The notes under the pieces: generated by a model | Told to the model about the DNA's origin: nothing | Database searches by the model: none | What the model saw: the letters and a program-made list of their open reading frames with translations, nothing else | IMG/VR virus record: IMGVR_UViG_3300045988_187195 | Location: 1-32,402 of that record | Direction: 5' to 3' (one strand) | Source: a virus | Length of the DNA stretch: 32,402 nucleotides | Shown: piece after piece, positions 1-6,696 of the stretch | Position numbering within the stretch: position 1 is the stretch's first letter | How the letters are laid out: each line of letters begins with the position of its first letter | Program-made: the position numbers and the translations under genes

Positions 1-183
1 CTATTTTTTTTTAGTCTGCATATCTTTTCGTATCAATTCCTTAATATATCCCATCTTGGAATCAACCTCATCCAATCTTTTGATAATGTCTGCGTCCGTG
101 TTGTAGCTTAAACGAACACAAATCATCTTTGTATTAATCTTGTTCGATTTACTGTTAGCTCTAAGCTTTGCTTCTGAAGCCAT
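1..183 (-). CDS. Small ribbon-helix-helix (Arc/CopG-like) DNA-binding protein, 60 aa
   Basis: ATG at 183 is preceded by GGAGGTATC. The segment KMICVRLSYNTDADIIKRLDEV..GYIKELIRKD fits a beta-strand followed by two helices. The window starts exactly at its stop codon. Confidence 0.45.
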   Translation of the reverse strand: MASEAKLRANSKSNKINTKMICVRLSYNTDADIIKRLDEVDSKMGYIKELIRKDMQTKKK

Positions 184-191
184 GATACCTC

Positions 192-395
192 CTATTCGCT
201 ATACATAAATGCGAAACTATCACTAATCTTTTCTTTTCTTTCAATGTAACCAATCAAGAAATCCCATTGTCTGCAAGATATTACATCATCCTTGTAATAT
301 CTGTTTACGATACCTTTCAATTCTTCTTCACTGATTACATCCATCTTTTCATTTACTTCTTTACATACTTTTTGCAATTGCTTTAAATTTGTCAT
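192..395 (-). CDS. Hypothetical protein, 67 aa
   Basis: ATG is preceded by GGAGGAAACAGAA. I recognise no family. Confidence 0.55.
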   Translation of the reverse strand: MTNLKQLQKVCKEVNEKMDVISEEELKGIVNRYYKDDVISCRQWDFLIGYIERKEKISDSFAFMYSE

Positions 396-418
396 TTCTG
401 TTTCCTCCTATATATGTA

Positions 419-508
419 TTACTTAATAAGCCAAACAACTAACAATGCAATTCCTAATACAATTACAATTACATCTAGAATTGTTTTTACTTTCTGTAGT
501 CTTTCCAT
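419..508 (-). CDS. Small hydrophobic peptide, 29 aa (MERLQKVKTILDVIVIVLGIALLVVWLIK)
   Basis: Not in the ORF track because it is under 60 aa. ATG 508 is preceded by GGAGGAACAAGAA. It has a single transmembrane (TM) segment and a charged N-terminus. Confidence 0.4.
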   Translation of the reverse strand: MERLQKVKTILDVIVIVLGIALLVVWLIK

Positions 509-556
509 TTCTTGTTCCTCCTTTTATGTGGTACAATGAAGTAAAGAGTTAGGGAA

Positions 557-679
557 TCAGTTCCCCAAACTCTTTATAATTGTTATTGCGAATGCGAGAA
601 TTTCAATAACATTTTTAGCAATCTCTAAGTAGATATTCACGGTTTCTGCTTTGCGATTGCTTTTTTTCTTTGTTTTCAT
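557..679 (-). CDS. Small basic/amphipathic peptide, 40 aa (MKTKKKSNRKAETVNIYLEIAKNVIEILAFAITIIKSLGN)
   Basis: Not in the ORF track. ATG 679 is preceded by GGAGGTTAAAT. Its 3' end overlaps an imperfect hairpin at about 543..577. Confidence 0.4.
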   Translation of the reverse strand: MKTKKKSNRKAETVNIYLEIAKNVIEILAFAITIIKSLGN

Positions 680-726
680 ATTTAACCTCCTAAAACAAAT
701 ATCCTTGTCTTTCTGACCACATATAT

Positions 727-755
727 AGTATAACATACACGTATATACATGTAAA
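727..755 (-). promoter_or_regulatory. Sigma-70-type promoter for the post-lysin small-gene operon
   Basis: On the minus strand: TTTACA (755..750), a 17-nt spacer, then TATACT (732..727). It lies about 50 nt upstream of the SD of the 557..679 ORF. Confidence 0.45.
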
Positions 756-773
756 GAACTTTTTTAGGAAAAT

Positions 774-839
774 AAAAAAAGCCCTGTATAAACAGAACTC
801 CCTTAAATTAATATCAAAATGAATATTAACCTCAAAGCC
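774..839 (-). ncRNA. Candidate ~65-nt small transcript between the two TGCTATAAT/terminator elements
   Basis: An extended -10 TGCTATAAT (minus, 854..846) would place the transcription start near 839. There is an internal hairpin TTAATAT/ATATTAA (808..829). A terminal hairpin GTTCTGT/ACAGGGC (781..798) is followed by a T7 run (780..774). No SD-served ORF is present. Confidence 0.3.
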
Positions 840-857
840 ATATAAATTATAGCACAT

Positions 858-887
858 AAAAAAAAGACCGTACAGAATCATACGGTC
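858..887 (-). terminator. Rho-independent terminator downstream of the endolysin
   Basis: On the minus strand: GACCGTA, an 8-nt loop, TACGGTC (887..867), then a T-run (about 9 nt, 866..858). Confidence 0.7.
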
Positions 888-925
888 TAATATACGAAAA
901 ATAAGTTGAAGTTTTTATATGTAAT

Positions 926-1687
926 TTATGCTACTTCAATTAATGGGCCACAATTTACCCAAATTCCACCGATTTTCGCAAGATTCTTTTGCACGTTGAC
1001 TTCATCAACACGGATTCTTGTTACATAGACAACGGCATTTGTTGTATGCAATACGTTATCATTATATCCATCAGAATAGCGAACTTTGTCAACCATACGA
1101 ATTGGAAACCAACCACCTAATTGTGCAAGGTATGCGCATAAATCGCCATTGATTTGTTTCAATCCTTGATTGCCAATCTTCATTTGAACTGATGTTACGT
1201 AGCTTCCTGCGTGCAAGATTTGGTCAATTGCTTCTACAGGTTGTGGAATGCTTGGTTTAACTGCTCCTGTATTTGCGAAACATTTAGGTCTAAAAGCAGT
1301 ATCAAAGGTTGCATAATAAGGTAATTTAATTAAATTGAATGCTCCGCCTTTTCCACCTTGATTCTGACCTAAGAACCATCCTTGCTTTCCGTCAATATCA
1401 GAATCAAAGATTGCGATATGACTGTAAGGCGTAACTCCTGCTACTTCTTTAAAGACTGCGATATCTCCGGCTTGCATGATTGAGACCTCATTACAATAAT
1501 TCAAGATACCATTTGTTTTTCTGTTATTCCAAATATCTTTTACAAATGTACTTGTTGTACAATGAATAGCTTGATAGCCTAAATCAATCATGTACTTTGC
1601 GAATCCGTCCCAACACTGAGCACCATAGTATCCGTCAATGTCGAAAGCTTTGCCTAATACGGCTTTTTTGAAATTTTGATAATTTAT
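926..1687 (-). CDS. Endolysin: N-terminal CHAP amidase/peptidase plus a C-terminal probable cell-wall-binding domain; apparent ATA start
   Basis: YYGAQCWDGF (Cys nucleophile) and SHIAIF (His) are CHAP motifs. GGAGGA (1699..1694) sits 6 nt before ATA 1687..1685, giving the N-terminus (M)NYQNFKKAVLGKAFDIDGYYGAQCWD. The track start TTG 1711 lies upstream of the SD and inside a TATAAT box. Confidence 0.85.
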   Translation of the reverse strand: MNYQNFKKAVLGKAFDIDGYYGAQCWDGFAKYMIDLGYQAIHCTTSTFVKDIWNNRKTNGILNYCNEVSIMQAGDIAVFKEVAGVTPYSHIAIFDSDIDGKQGWFLGQNQGGKGGAFNLIKLPYYATFDTAFRPKCFANTGAVKPSIPQPVEAIDQILHAGSYVTSVQMKIGNQGLKQINGDLCAYLAQLGGWFPIRMVDKVRYSDGYNDNVLHTTNAVVYVTRIRVDEVNVQKNLAKIGGIWVNCGPLIEVA

Positions 1688-1710
1688 TAAAAATCCTCCT
1701 TTATGTACCA

Positions 1711-1719
1711 ATTATAGCA
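1711..1719 (-). promoter_or_regulatory. Extended -10 element TGCTATAAT immediately upstream of the endolysin SD
   Basis: The minus strand reads TTTTATGTGCTATAATTGG. It is part of a 17-bp direct repeat, with the other copy at 845..861. Confidence 0.35.
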
Positions 1720-1735
1720 CATAAAAGAGTTTTTT

Positions 1736-2173
1736 TTACTGATATACAGAGAACATTTCTCTTAATTTATCTCTGACCATTTCTCTTTCTTCTTGAAAGT
1801 CGCTAGATGTTTTCATTTCTTCCAAGATTCCATACATAGCACTCAAAAAAGCTTCTAATTCACGAATAGAATTTCGCTTATCTATTTCATTGTTGCCTTT
1901 TCGATATTCTTTCTTTGCTTCTATATATTTCCTAAAATGAGAATTCATCAATGCGATATTGTCATCAATTTCCGTTCCTTCAATATTTGTGTCATTTGTT
2001 CTTAATGAATTTATAGCCGTTCTTCCATCACTCATAGCTAGTATTGTATCAATGTCTTTGATGTTGTCTAAAGCTTGGCTCATAACTCTAAAGTCTAAAT
2101 CATTGTATCCTTTTTCTAGTCCTCTCATTGCTTCCGTTAAGAGGTCTAGATTTCGTTTCCTAACCTCTTGCAT
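1736..2173 (-). CDS. Hypothetical helical protein, 145 aa
   Basis: ATG is preceded by TAGGTG. No family recognised. Confidence 0.6.
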   Translation of the reverse strand: MQEVRKRNLDLLTEAMRGLEKGYNDLDFRVMSQALDNIKDIDTILAMSDGRTAINSLRTNDTNIEGTEIDDNIALMNSHFRKYIEAKKEYRKGNNEIDKRNSIRELEAFLSAMYGILEEMKTSSDFQEEREMVRDKLREMFSVYQ

Positions 2174-2180
2174 GATACAC

Positions 2181-2600
2181 CTACGCTAATTTCTTAATGA
2201 TGATATTTGCATTTTGAACAGATAAATCTAAGCCACTGTTATTTCCTAGCGTGATTGTGTAAGAAGCTCCACAAGGTACTTGAATCAATGTAGCTCCACT
2301 AACATTTCCATATGCACTTGCAGTAGCTACATTATATAGAGATTCTGTTCCTCCTACTGCTTCTCCATTCTGTTCTAATTCTAAAGAAGCAACTCCTACC
2401 GTTGCACTTGTAATATCTGCCGTATATTCTACCTCATAGATTCCTTGTTTCGTTAATGTAAACAATCCACTTCCAACATCATGAGCAAGCCAACCTTTAC
2501 ATGCACATTGGCAAGATTTCGTTCTTACTCTATCTGTTGGAAATAATACATTTTGTCCATTTGCTACTGTCTGAATTGCCGTTGCTATACTATTAATCAT
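2181..2600 (-). CDS. BclA C-terminal-domain-like (C1q/TNF-like jelly-roll) protein without collagen repeats, 139 aa
   Basis: ATG is preceded by GGAGGAAAAGAAA. From memory, FTLTKQGIYEVEYTADITSA, LELEQNGEAVGGTES and the C-terminal NANIIIKKLA parallel the Bacillus BclA C-terminal domain (..SASIIIEKVA). There is also an N-terminal CxCxC cluster. Confidence 0.5.
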   Translation of the reverse strand: MINSIATAIQTVANGQNVLFPTDRVRTKSCQCACKGWLAHDVGSGLFTLTKQGIYEVEYTADITSATVGVASLELEQNGEAVGGTESLYNVATASAYGNVSGATLIQVPCGASYTITLGNNSGLDLSVQNANIIIKKLA

Positions 2601-2682
2601 TTTCTTTTCCTCCTATATAAAATAAATGGGTAGCCTTTCGACTACCCTATAATCCAAAGGCTATTGCCTAATCTCTTTCGAG

Positions 2683-3294
2683 CTAGATTTGGTTACATCC
2701 ACAACCTGTCATATTGTATGCATAATAAGGTGAGCAAGTAAGATATGCAGGTTTTGGCGTTGGTTGCAATGTATTGATGATATTTGCAGATTGTGCCTGT
2801 TGACTTAATTGGAAGTTCGCAGTCAATAAATCTCTATCTCTGTCTGCTAATTTATCACGCAATTCTTGCATTGTGTTAGCATTAATCAATGCTCTTGTTG
2901 CTTCGCCTTCTGAGTGAATCGCAGTGGTAATATCACACGTATTCTTGAAGCTCTGTGTATTTACACCATCAATCGCTCTTTGCGTTGCACAACAACATTC
3001 TTGGTTCTGTTGACCTAGATTCTGCAAGCCTAATTGAGTTGTGTATCGGCTTTCTAAAATGTCTCTTGAATTTTGATAGCCTTGACTAGATACATTTTGA
3101 TTTGTATTAAATAAATCACGCTTAATAAATTCTTGATTCATTAATGCGTCATTCTGCATATTTCCATTATTACCCCAATTTCCACCAAATAGGAAGAATA
3201 AAAGGATAATCCAAATCCAATATCCACCACCCCATTCGTTATTGTTTTTGTCTGCTAAATCGTACATTGGTTGAATACCATTCATGCTTTCCAT
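2683..3294 (-). CDS. Membrane-anchored Gln/Asn- and Cys-rich protein, 203 aa, unknown function
   Basis: ATG is preceded by GGAGGAAATATAA. It has one TM segment (YWIWIILLFFLFGG), a CCC motif, and a C-terminal CSPYY..GCGC motif. Confidence 0.6.
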   Translation of the reverse strand: MESMNGIQPMYDLADKNNNEWGGGYWIWIILLFFLFGGNWGNNGNMQNDALMNQEFIKRDLFNTNQNVSSQGYQNSRDILESRYTTQLGLQNLGQQNQECCCATQRAIDGVNTQSFKNTCDITTAIHSEGEATRALINANTMQELRDKLADRDRDLLTANFQLSQQAQSANIINTLQPTPKPAYLTCSPYYAYNMTGCGCNQI

Positions 3295-3318
3295 TTATAT
3301 TTCCTCCTTTCAACGCAA

Positions 3319-3528
3319 TTAGCGTTTTAGCCCATACTGAGAAGCCACATTTTCAAATTGTTGTTTCTGTTGTGGCGTTAACTGTCCCATCATATTATTC
3401 AATAATACTTGGGGATTCTGCCCACTTTGCATTAATTGTTGTACTTGATTAAATGCTTGTGGATTTCTTTGTTGTAACATACTCAACAACATTTGTTGAG
3501 GGTTCATCATATTCATTAAAGGATTCAC
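3319..3528 (-). CDS. Small Gln-rich protein, 69 aa
   Basis: A GTG start is coupled (GTGA) to the upstream stop and served by AAGGAG 8 nt upstream. Composition is low-complexity and rich in Q, N and M. Confidence 0.5.
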   Translation of the reverse strand: MNPLMNMMNPQQMLLSMLQQRNPQAFNQVQQLMQSGQNPQVLLNNMMGQLTPQQKQQFENVASQYGLKR

Positions 3529-3950
3529 GCTTTAAGCTCCTTTCTAGGCGTTTCTTTCTCTGCCTTTGTATTTATATTACTTCCGCTTGTTAGACCTAAT
3601 ATCATAGCTTCTAGCTTGTCTAAGCGTTGTTCTATGTTATCTTTCTTTGGTTCTGTTTCTTCTTGGAATCTGTATTTTTTGAAACTACCGTCTAAAGACT
3701 TCATATAGAATACTGAATCATTTCTATCTAGCATAATACTAGGCAAACCATTCACTATCATATTCCTTGCTTCTTGCTCATTATTTACCCATTTTCCATT
3801 AAAATCATTTAATGGCATATTAGGCGTGATTTGGTTATTGATGTTAATAGGTGGAATATTTGCTAATTGTTGAATGTTTTGTAATTGCGATTCAATCATC
3901 TGCTTTTGATTCATTAAATTATTAATTCTGTCATTAATTGGATTATACAT
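3525..3950 (-). CDS. Hypothetical protein, 141 aa (shortened relative to the track)
   Basis: AGAGGTGAGCGAA precedes ATG at 3950 (MYNPINDRINNL..). The longer track start at 4019 lacks an SD and would lie within the promoter/terminator region. Confidence 0.55.
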   Translation of the reverse strand: MYNPINDRINNLMNQKQMIESQLQNIQQLANIPPININNQITPNMPLNDFNGKWVNNEQEARNMIVNGLPSIMLDRNDSVFYMKSLDGSFKKYRFQEETEPKKDNIEQRLDKLEAMILGLTSGSNINTKAEKETPRKELKA

Positions 3951-4013
3951 TTCGCTCACCTCTTTACACTCATAATTATATTCATGAGCAATCTCAATTT
4001 GTTTCCACATTAA

Positions 4014-4030
4014 TGTCAAATAAATGTCAA
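4014..4030 (-). promoter_or_regulatory. Tandem TTGACA boxes (AATGTCAAA repeated at 11-bp spacing on the plus strand) after a terminator; candidate promoter or activator site
   Basis: The minus strand reads TTGACATTTATTTGACATTAATG. The only good TATAAT (near 3975) is too far away for standard 17-bp spacing. Confidence 0.3.
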
Positions 4031-4052
4031 AAAAAGAGGTCTTTCAACCTCT
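4029..4052 (-). terminator. Rho-independent terminator after the sigma-like gene
   Basis: On the minus strand: AGAGGT, loop TGAAAG, ACCTCT, then TTTTTT. The hairpin abuts the stop codon at 4052. Confidence 0.65.
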
Positions 4053-4318
4053 TAATTTTCATCTAGATACGTTTCCTTTTCACTGCTTTTTCTTGGTGGT
4101 AAAACTGCGCTATACTTCTCTACTTCATCATACTTATTCTTAATCTTTTTAATGATTCTATTTACACTAGAAACGCTCATATTTAATCTATCGGCTTGTT
4201 CTCTGACTGTCCATCCGTATATTCTAGTTCTTAAAATCATTTCTTCATCTTTAGTTAATAAAGCTAGATTAATAAATTCTTCAAGGATAATCTTATTCCA
4301 AGGTGCTTGATTCGTCAT
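4052..4318 (-). CDS. Small sigma-70 region-4-like helix-turn-helix (HTH) regulator, 88 aa
   Basis: TKDEEMILRTRIYGWTVREQADRLNMSVSSVNRIIKKIKNKY resembles a region 4.2 HTH. The gene overlaps the holin 3' end by 26 nt. Confidence 0.5.
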   Translation of the reverse strand: MTNQAPWNKIILEEFINLALLTKDEEMILRTRIYGWTVREQADRLNMSVSSVNRIIKKIKNKYDEVEKYSAVLPPRKSSEKETYLDEN

Positions 4319-4808
4319 TGTCTTGTTCTTCGTTAACGAGTTTATCTGCTACTTCTAATCCTTTAGTTAATACGTTAGGCACGCTATATCCACATTGTAC
4401 AAGGTTCTCAATAATGCTACGCACTTCATTAATGCATAAAGAAGCTAATACGAACCATCCTAATAATGTTGTTACATGGAAATCAATTCCTAGCATTTTT
4501 CCAATTTCTACCAAGAATGCACTGAATGTGAACGCAACTACAATCATAATCCAATAGCCTAGCTTTTTAAGAACTCCAATCCATCCTTTATTGCTATTGA
4601 TTTTGTGATTAATCGCCGACTTCATGCACCCTGTAATATAATCCACAATATTCATAAATAAGAAGAACGCAAATAAATACCAATGCTCACCTAATACGTA
4701 TGTTAATACGGCTACGGCTACACCACACATTGCATTAATCTTATCTAAAAAAAACATACTTCTTGTTATTTGTTTAAATCCTCCATTTTTCTTTTCTATT
4801 AAATTCAC
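4293..4808 (-). CDS. Holin (phage_holin_4 / TcdE-like family); start uncertain (GTG 4808 inside the SD, or ATA 4799)
   Basis: It has three or four TM segments and the motif MNIVDYITGCMKSAI..KINSNKGWIGVLKKLGYW. The 5' context reads TAAGGAGTGAATTTA-ATA-GAA. Confidence 0.8.
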   Translation of the reverse strand: MNLIEKKNGGFKQITRSMFFLDKINAMCGVAVAVLTYVLGEHWYLFAFFLFMNIVDYITGCMKSAINHKINSNKGWIGVLKKLGYWIMIVVAFTFSAFLVEIGKMLGIDFHVTTLLGWFVLASLCINEVRSIIENLVQCGYSVPNVLTKGLEVADKLVNEEQDNDESSTLE

Positions 4809-4811
4809 TCC

Positions 4812-5825
4812 TTACATGATTTTTAAATTATCAACCTCTAATTCTAAGGTTCTATATCCACTTTTAATGACTTCAAATATATTTCTAATTCTCGCAGTCA
4901 TTACTAGTCCAATATCTGCTACTATAACATCAACTTTATCACCTAAATCAAAATCAACTTTGTATTCGTATGAATCAGTATTCAATCCGAAATTCACATT
5001 TTCTTGAATTTGACAATCTGCTAGTTTTTCAATTCCTTTCTGAATAAGTACCTTTTTATATTCATCAAGTGTCACATCATCCCCCATACGCTCAGAACGT
5101 GCGTCTACGAATAACTTTTTGATTCTTTCATTCTTATCTATTCTAGCGTCATATTCAACGTATATACGCTCTTCTGATTGTCCTTCACCACAAATGATTG
5201 CATAGTTCTTGTATTTACTTGAGTCAATCATAACGTCCGGTTCTTCAATGTTTCCAAACTCTGTAGAGAATGTGACAAAGTTGTTTCCATCTGCGTTGTT
5301 CTGAGTTAAGTCACGACCACGATATAACACGAATGTGAACGTACTCGATACATAGTCATATTCTATACGGAACGACAATTCTAACGGATATAACAACTCA
5401 TAAAGCTTCTCGTCAAGGTTTGCTCCTGTTTCTTGAAAATCTACTCTATCGGTAATGGATTCATCATATCTATATCCCATTTTCCATGAGCAATACTTGT
5501 CTAATAGCTTTTTGACCACATCAACAATTTTTCCGCTACTTGAGAATGTAGGATAAATACAATCATCTGCTAATATCTTTTCAAAAAACGAACCTTTTAG
5601 CAACATTTGTTTCGTGTTATTTGAAACCGAATAATGTGGTATATCAACGATTCCTAACTCTTTATCCTCAGTAGAATAAATATATTTAATATCGCTTGAA
5701 TACTGCCCTATATCAATATAAATCTCGAAATCTCCTGTTTCATAATATCGCCTATTCCACTGCACGTTATAAGGTGCTAGATGTGTAACGATATTGAAAT
5801 CTTTATCTAATCCAAAGTAAGACAT
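4812..5825 (-). CDS. Tail-tip protein (Tal N-terminal / siphovirus Gp37-like), 337 aa
   Basis: It lies directly after Dit. From memory the N-terminus (MSYFGLDKDFNIV...YNVQWNRRYYETGDFEIYI) is typical of prophage tail proteins. Confidence 0.6.
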   Translation of the reverse strand: MSYFGLDKDFNIVTHLAPYNVQWNRRYYETGDFEIYIDIGQYSSDIKYIYSTEDKELGIVDIPHYSVSNNTKQMLLKGSFFEKILADDCIYPTFSSSGKIVDVVKKLLDKYCSWKMGYRYDESITDRVDFQETGANLDEKLYELLYPLELSFRIEYDYVSSTFTFVLYRGRDLTQNNADGNNFVTFSTEFGNIEEPDVMIDSSKYKNYAIICGEGQSEERIYVEYDARIDKNERIKKLFVDARSERMGDDVTLDEYKKVLIQKGIEKLADCQIQENVNFGLNTDSYEYKVDFDLGDKVDVIVADIGLVMTARIRNIFEVIKSGYRTLELEVDNLKIM

Positions 5826-5826
5826 A

Positions 5827-6696
5827 CTATAAACCTAAATACCTTTCATTGTAATAAACCGTGCAAGCTAGATTCGTATCTCCATTGTCTGCCGTATATC
5901 CTATGATATTCTCACCTAACTGAATCGTCATATCATTGAATGATGATGTTCTGTCAACTTTGCCGATACAATTCACACCATTCTTTTTAATCGAAATAGG
6001 TTCTGAAACTAAATCAATTTCTAACACATCACCATTGTGTAGTGTATCTAATACACGAATATATTTATCTTTATTGAATAGTTTCGGATTTGTTACCTCT
6101 CCAAATGCTTCAATAACGGCTCTACAGTATGTTTCTGTATCGCCTTGATTATCAATATAGATTTCTCTAGCGAATGTAAATGTTCCAAAGTTTACGCCTG
6201 TTTCCGGTATTTCAAAATTGAACGCTAAACCTTCACCAATTTCTGCTATATTCCTTGCGAAATCATCAAATGAAAGCAATAAAGGTTGTGTGCATAGAAT
6301 CGTAAAGTTAAGCTCTAAATCTTTGTAGATGTTAGCAGTAGGCAAGCTATACGCATATAACCTTCCTCTGCAATATTTCTTTTCTCCCATGTACTCAACT
6401 ATCACATCAAATATATGAGAATATTGGAAGAAGCGCCGTAGCTTCTCCCTTTCTTCTCTTTTTTCTTCAAGTGAACCTTTAAATGTAGCTTTCACGCTTC
6501 TTTCTTTCGTTGGAATACGTGAACCGATTAATCTAGCACCATTTCCGAATGCATTGTCTTGAGTCGTATATGAAGGTGCTACATAATCAAATCCATCTAA
6601 ACCATCACTAGATGGTATTCTCCATCTTTTGTTGTCGATTTCAAATTCTTTGCCATCATCCCTACGGACAATAACTCTTACTTTATTGATATCTAT
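5827..6696 (-). CDS. Distal tail protein (Dit); apparent ATA start overlapping the tape-measure (TMP) stop (ATAG)
   Basis: GGAGG (6710..6706) sits 9 nt before ATA 6696..6694. The first canonical in-frame codon is GTG 6495, 67 codons downstream. The extended N-terminus (M)DINKVRVIVRRDDGKEFEIDNKRW reads like a real Dit N-terminus. Confidence 0.8.
   Translation of the reverse strand: MDINKVRVIVRRDDGKEFEIDNKRWRIPSSDGLDGFDYVAPSYTTQDNAFGNGARLIGSRIPTKERSVKATFKGSLEEKREEREKLRRFFQYSHIFDVIVEYMGEKKYCRGRLYAYSLPTANIYKDLELNFTILCTQPLLLSFDDFARNIAEIGEGLAFNFEIPETGVNFGTFTFAREIYIDNQGDTETYCRAVIEAFGEVTNPKLFNKDKYIRVLDTLHNGDVLEIDLVSEPISIKKNGVNCIGKVDRTSSFNDMTIQLGENIIGYTADNGDTNLACTVYYNERYLGL

Noticed and set aside
690-881. 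The 63-aa minus-strand ORF in the track.
   Set aside because: It spans a terminator, a promoter and AT-rich spacer. It has no SD and its sequence is low-complexity and Phe/Tyr/Ile-rich, so it is most likely non-coding.
1709-1711. TTG/GTG codons used by the track as starts for the endolysin (1711), gp10-like gene (11552), holin (4808), replisome organiser (25506) and the 21336 gene (21539).
   Set aside because: Each lies upstream of or inside the SD sequence itself, and for the endolysin inside a -10 box, so none can be served by that SD.
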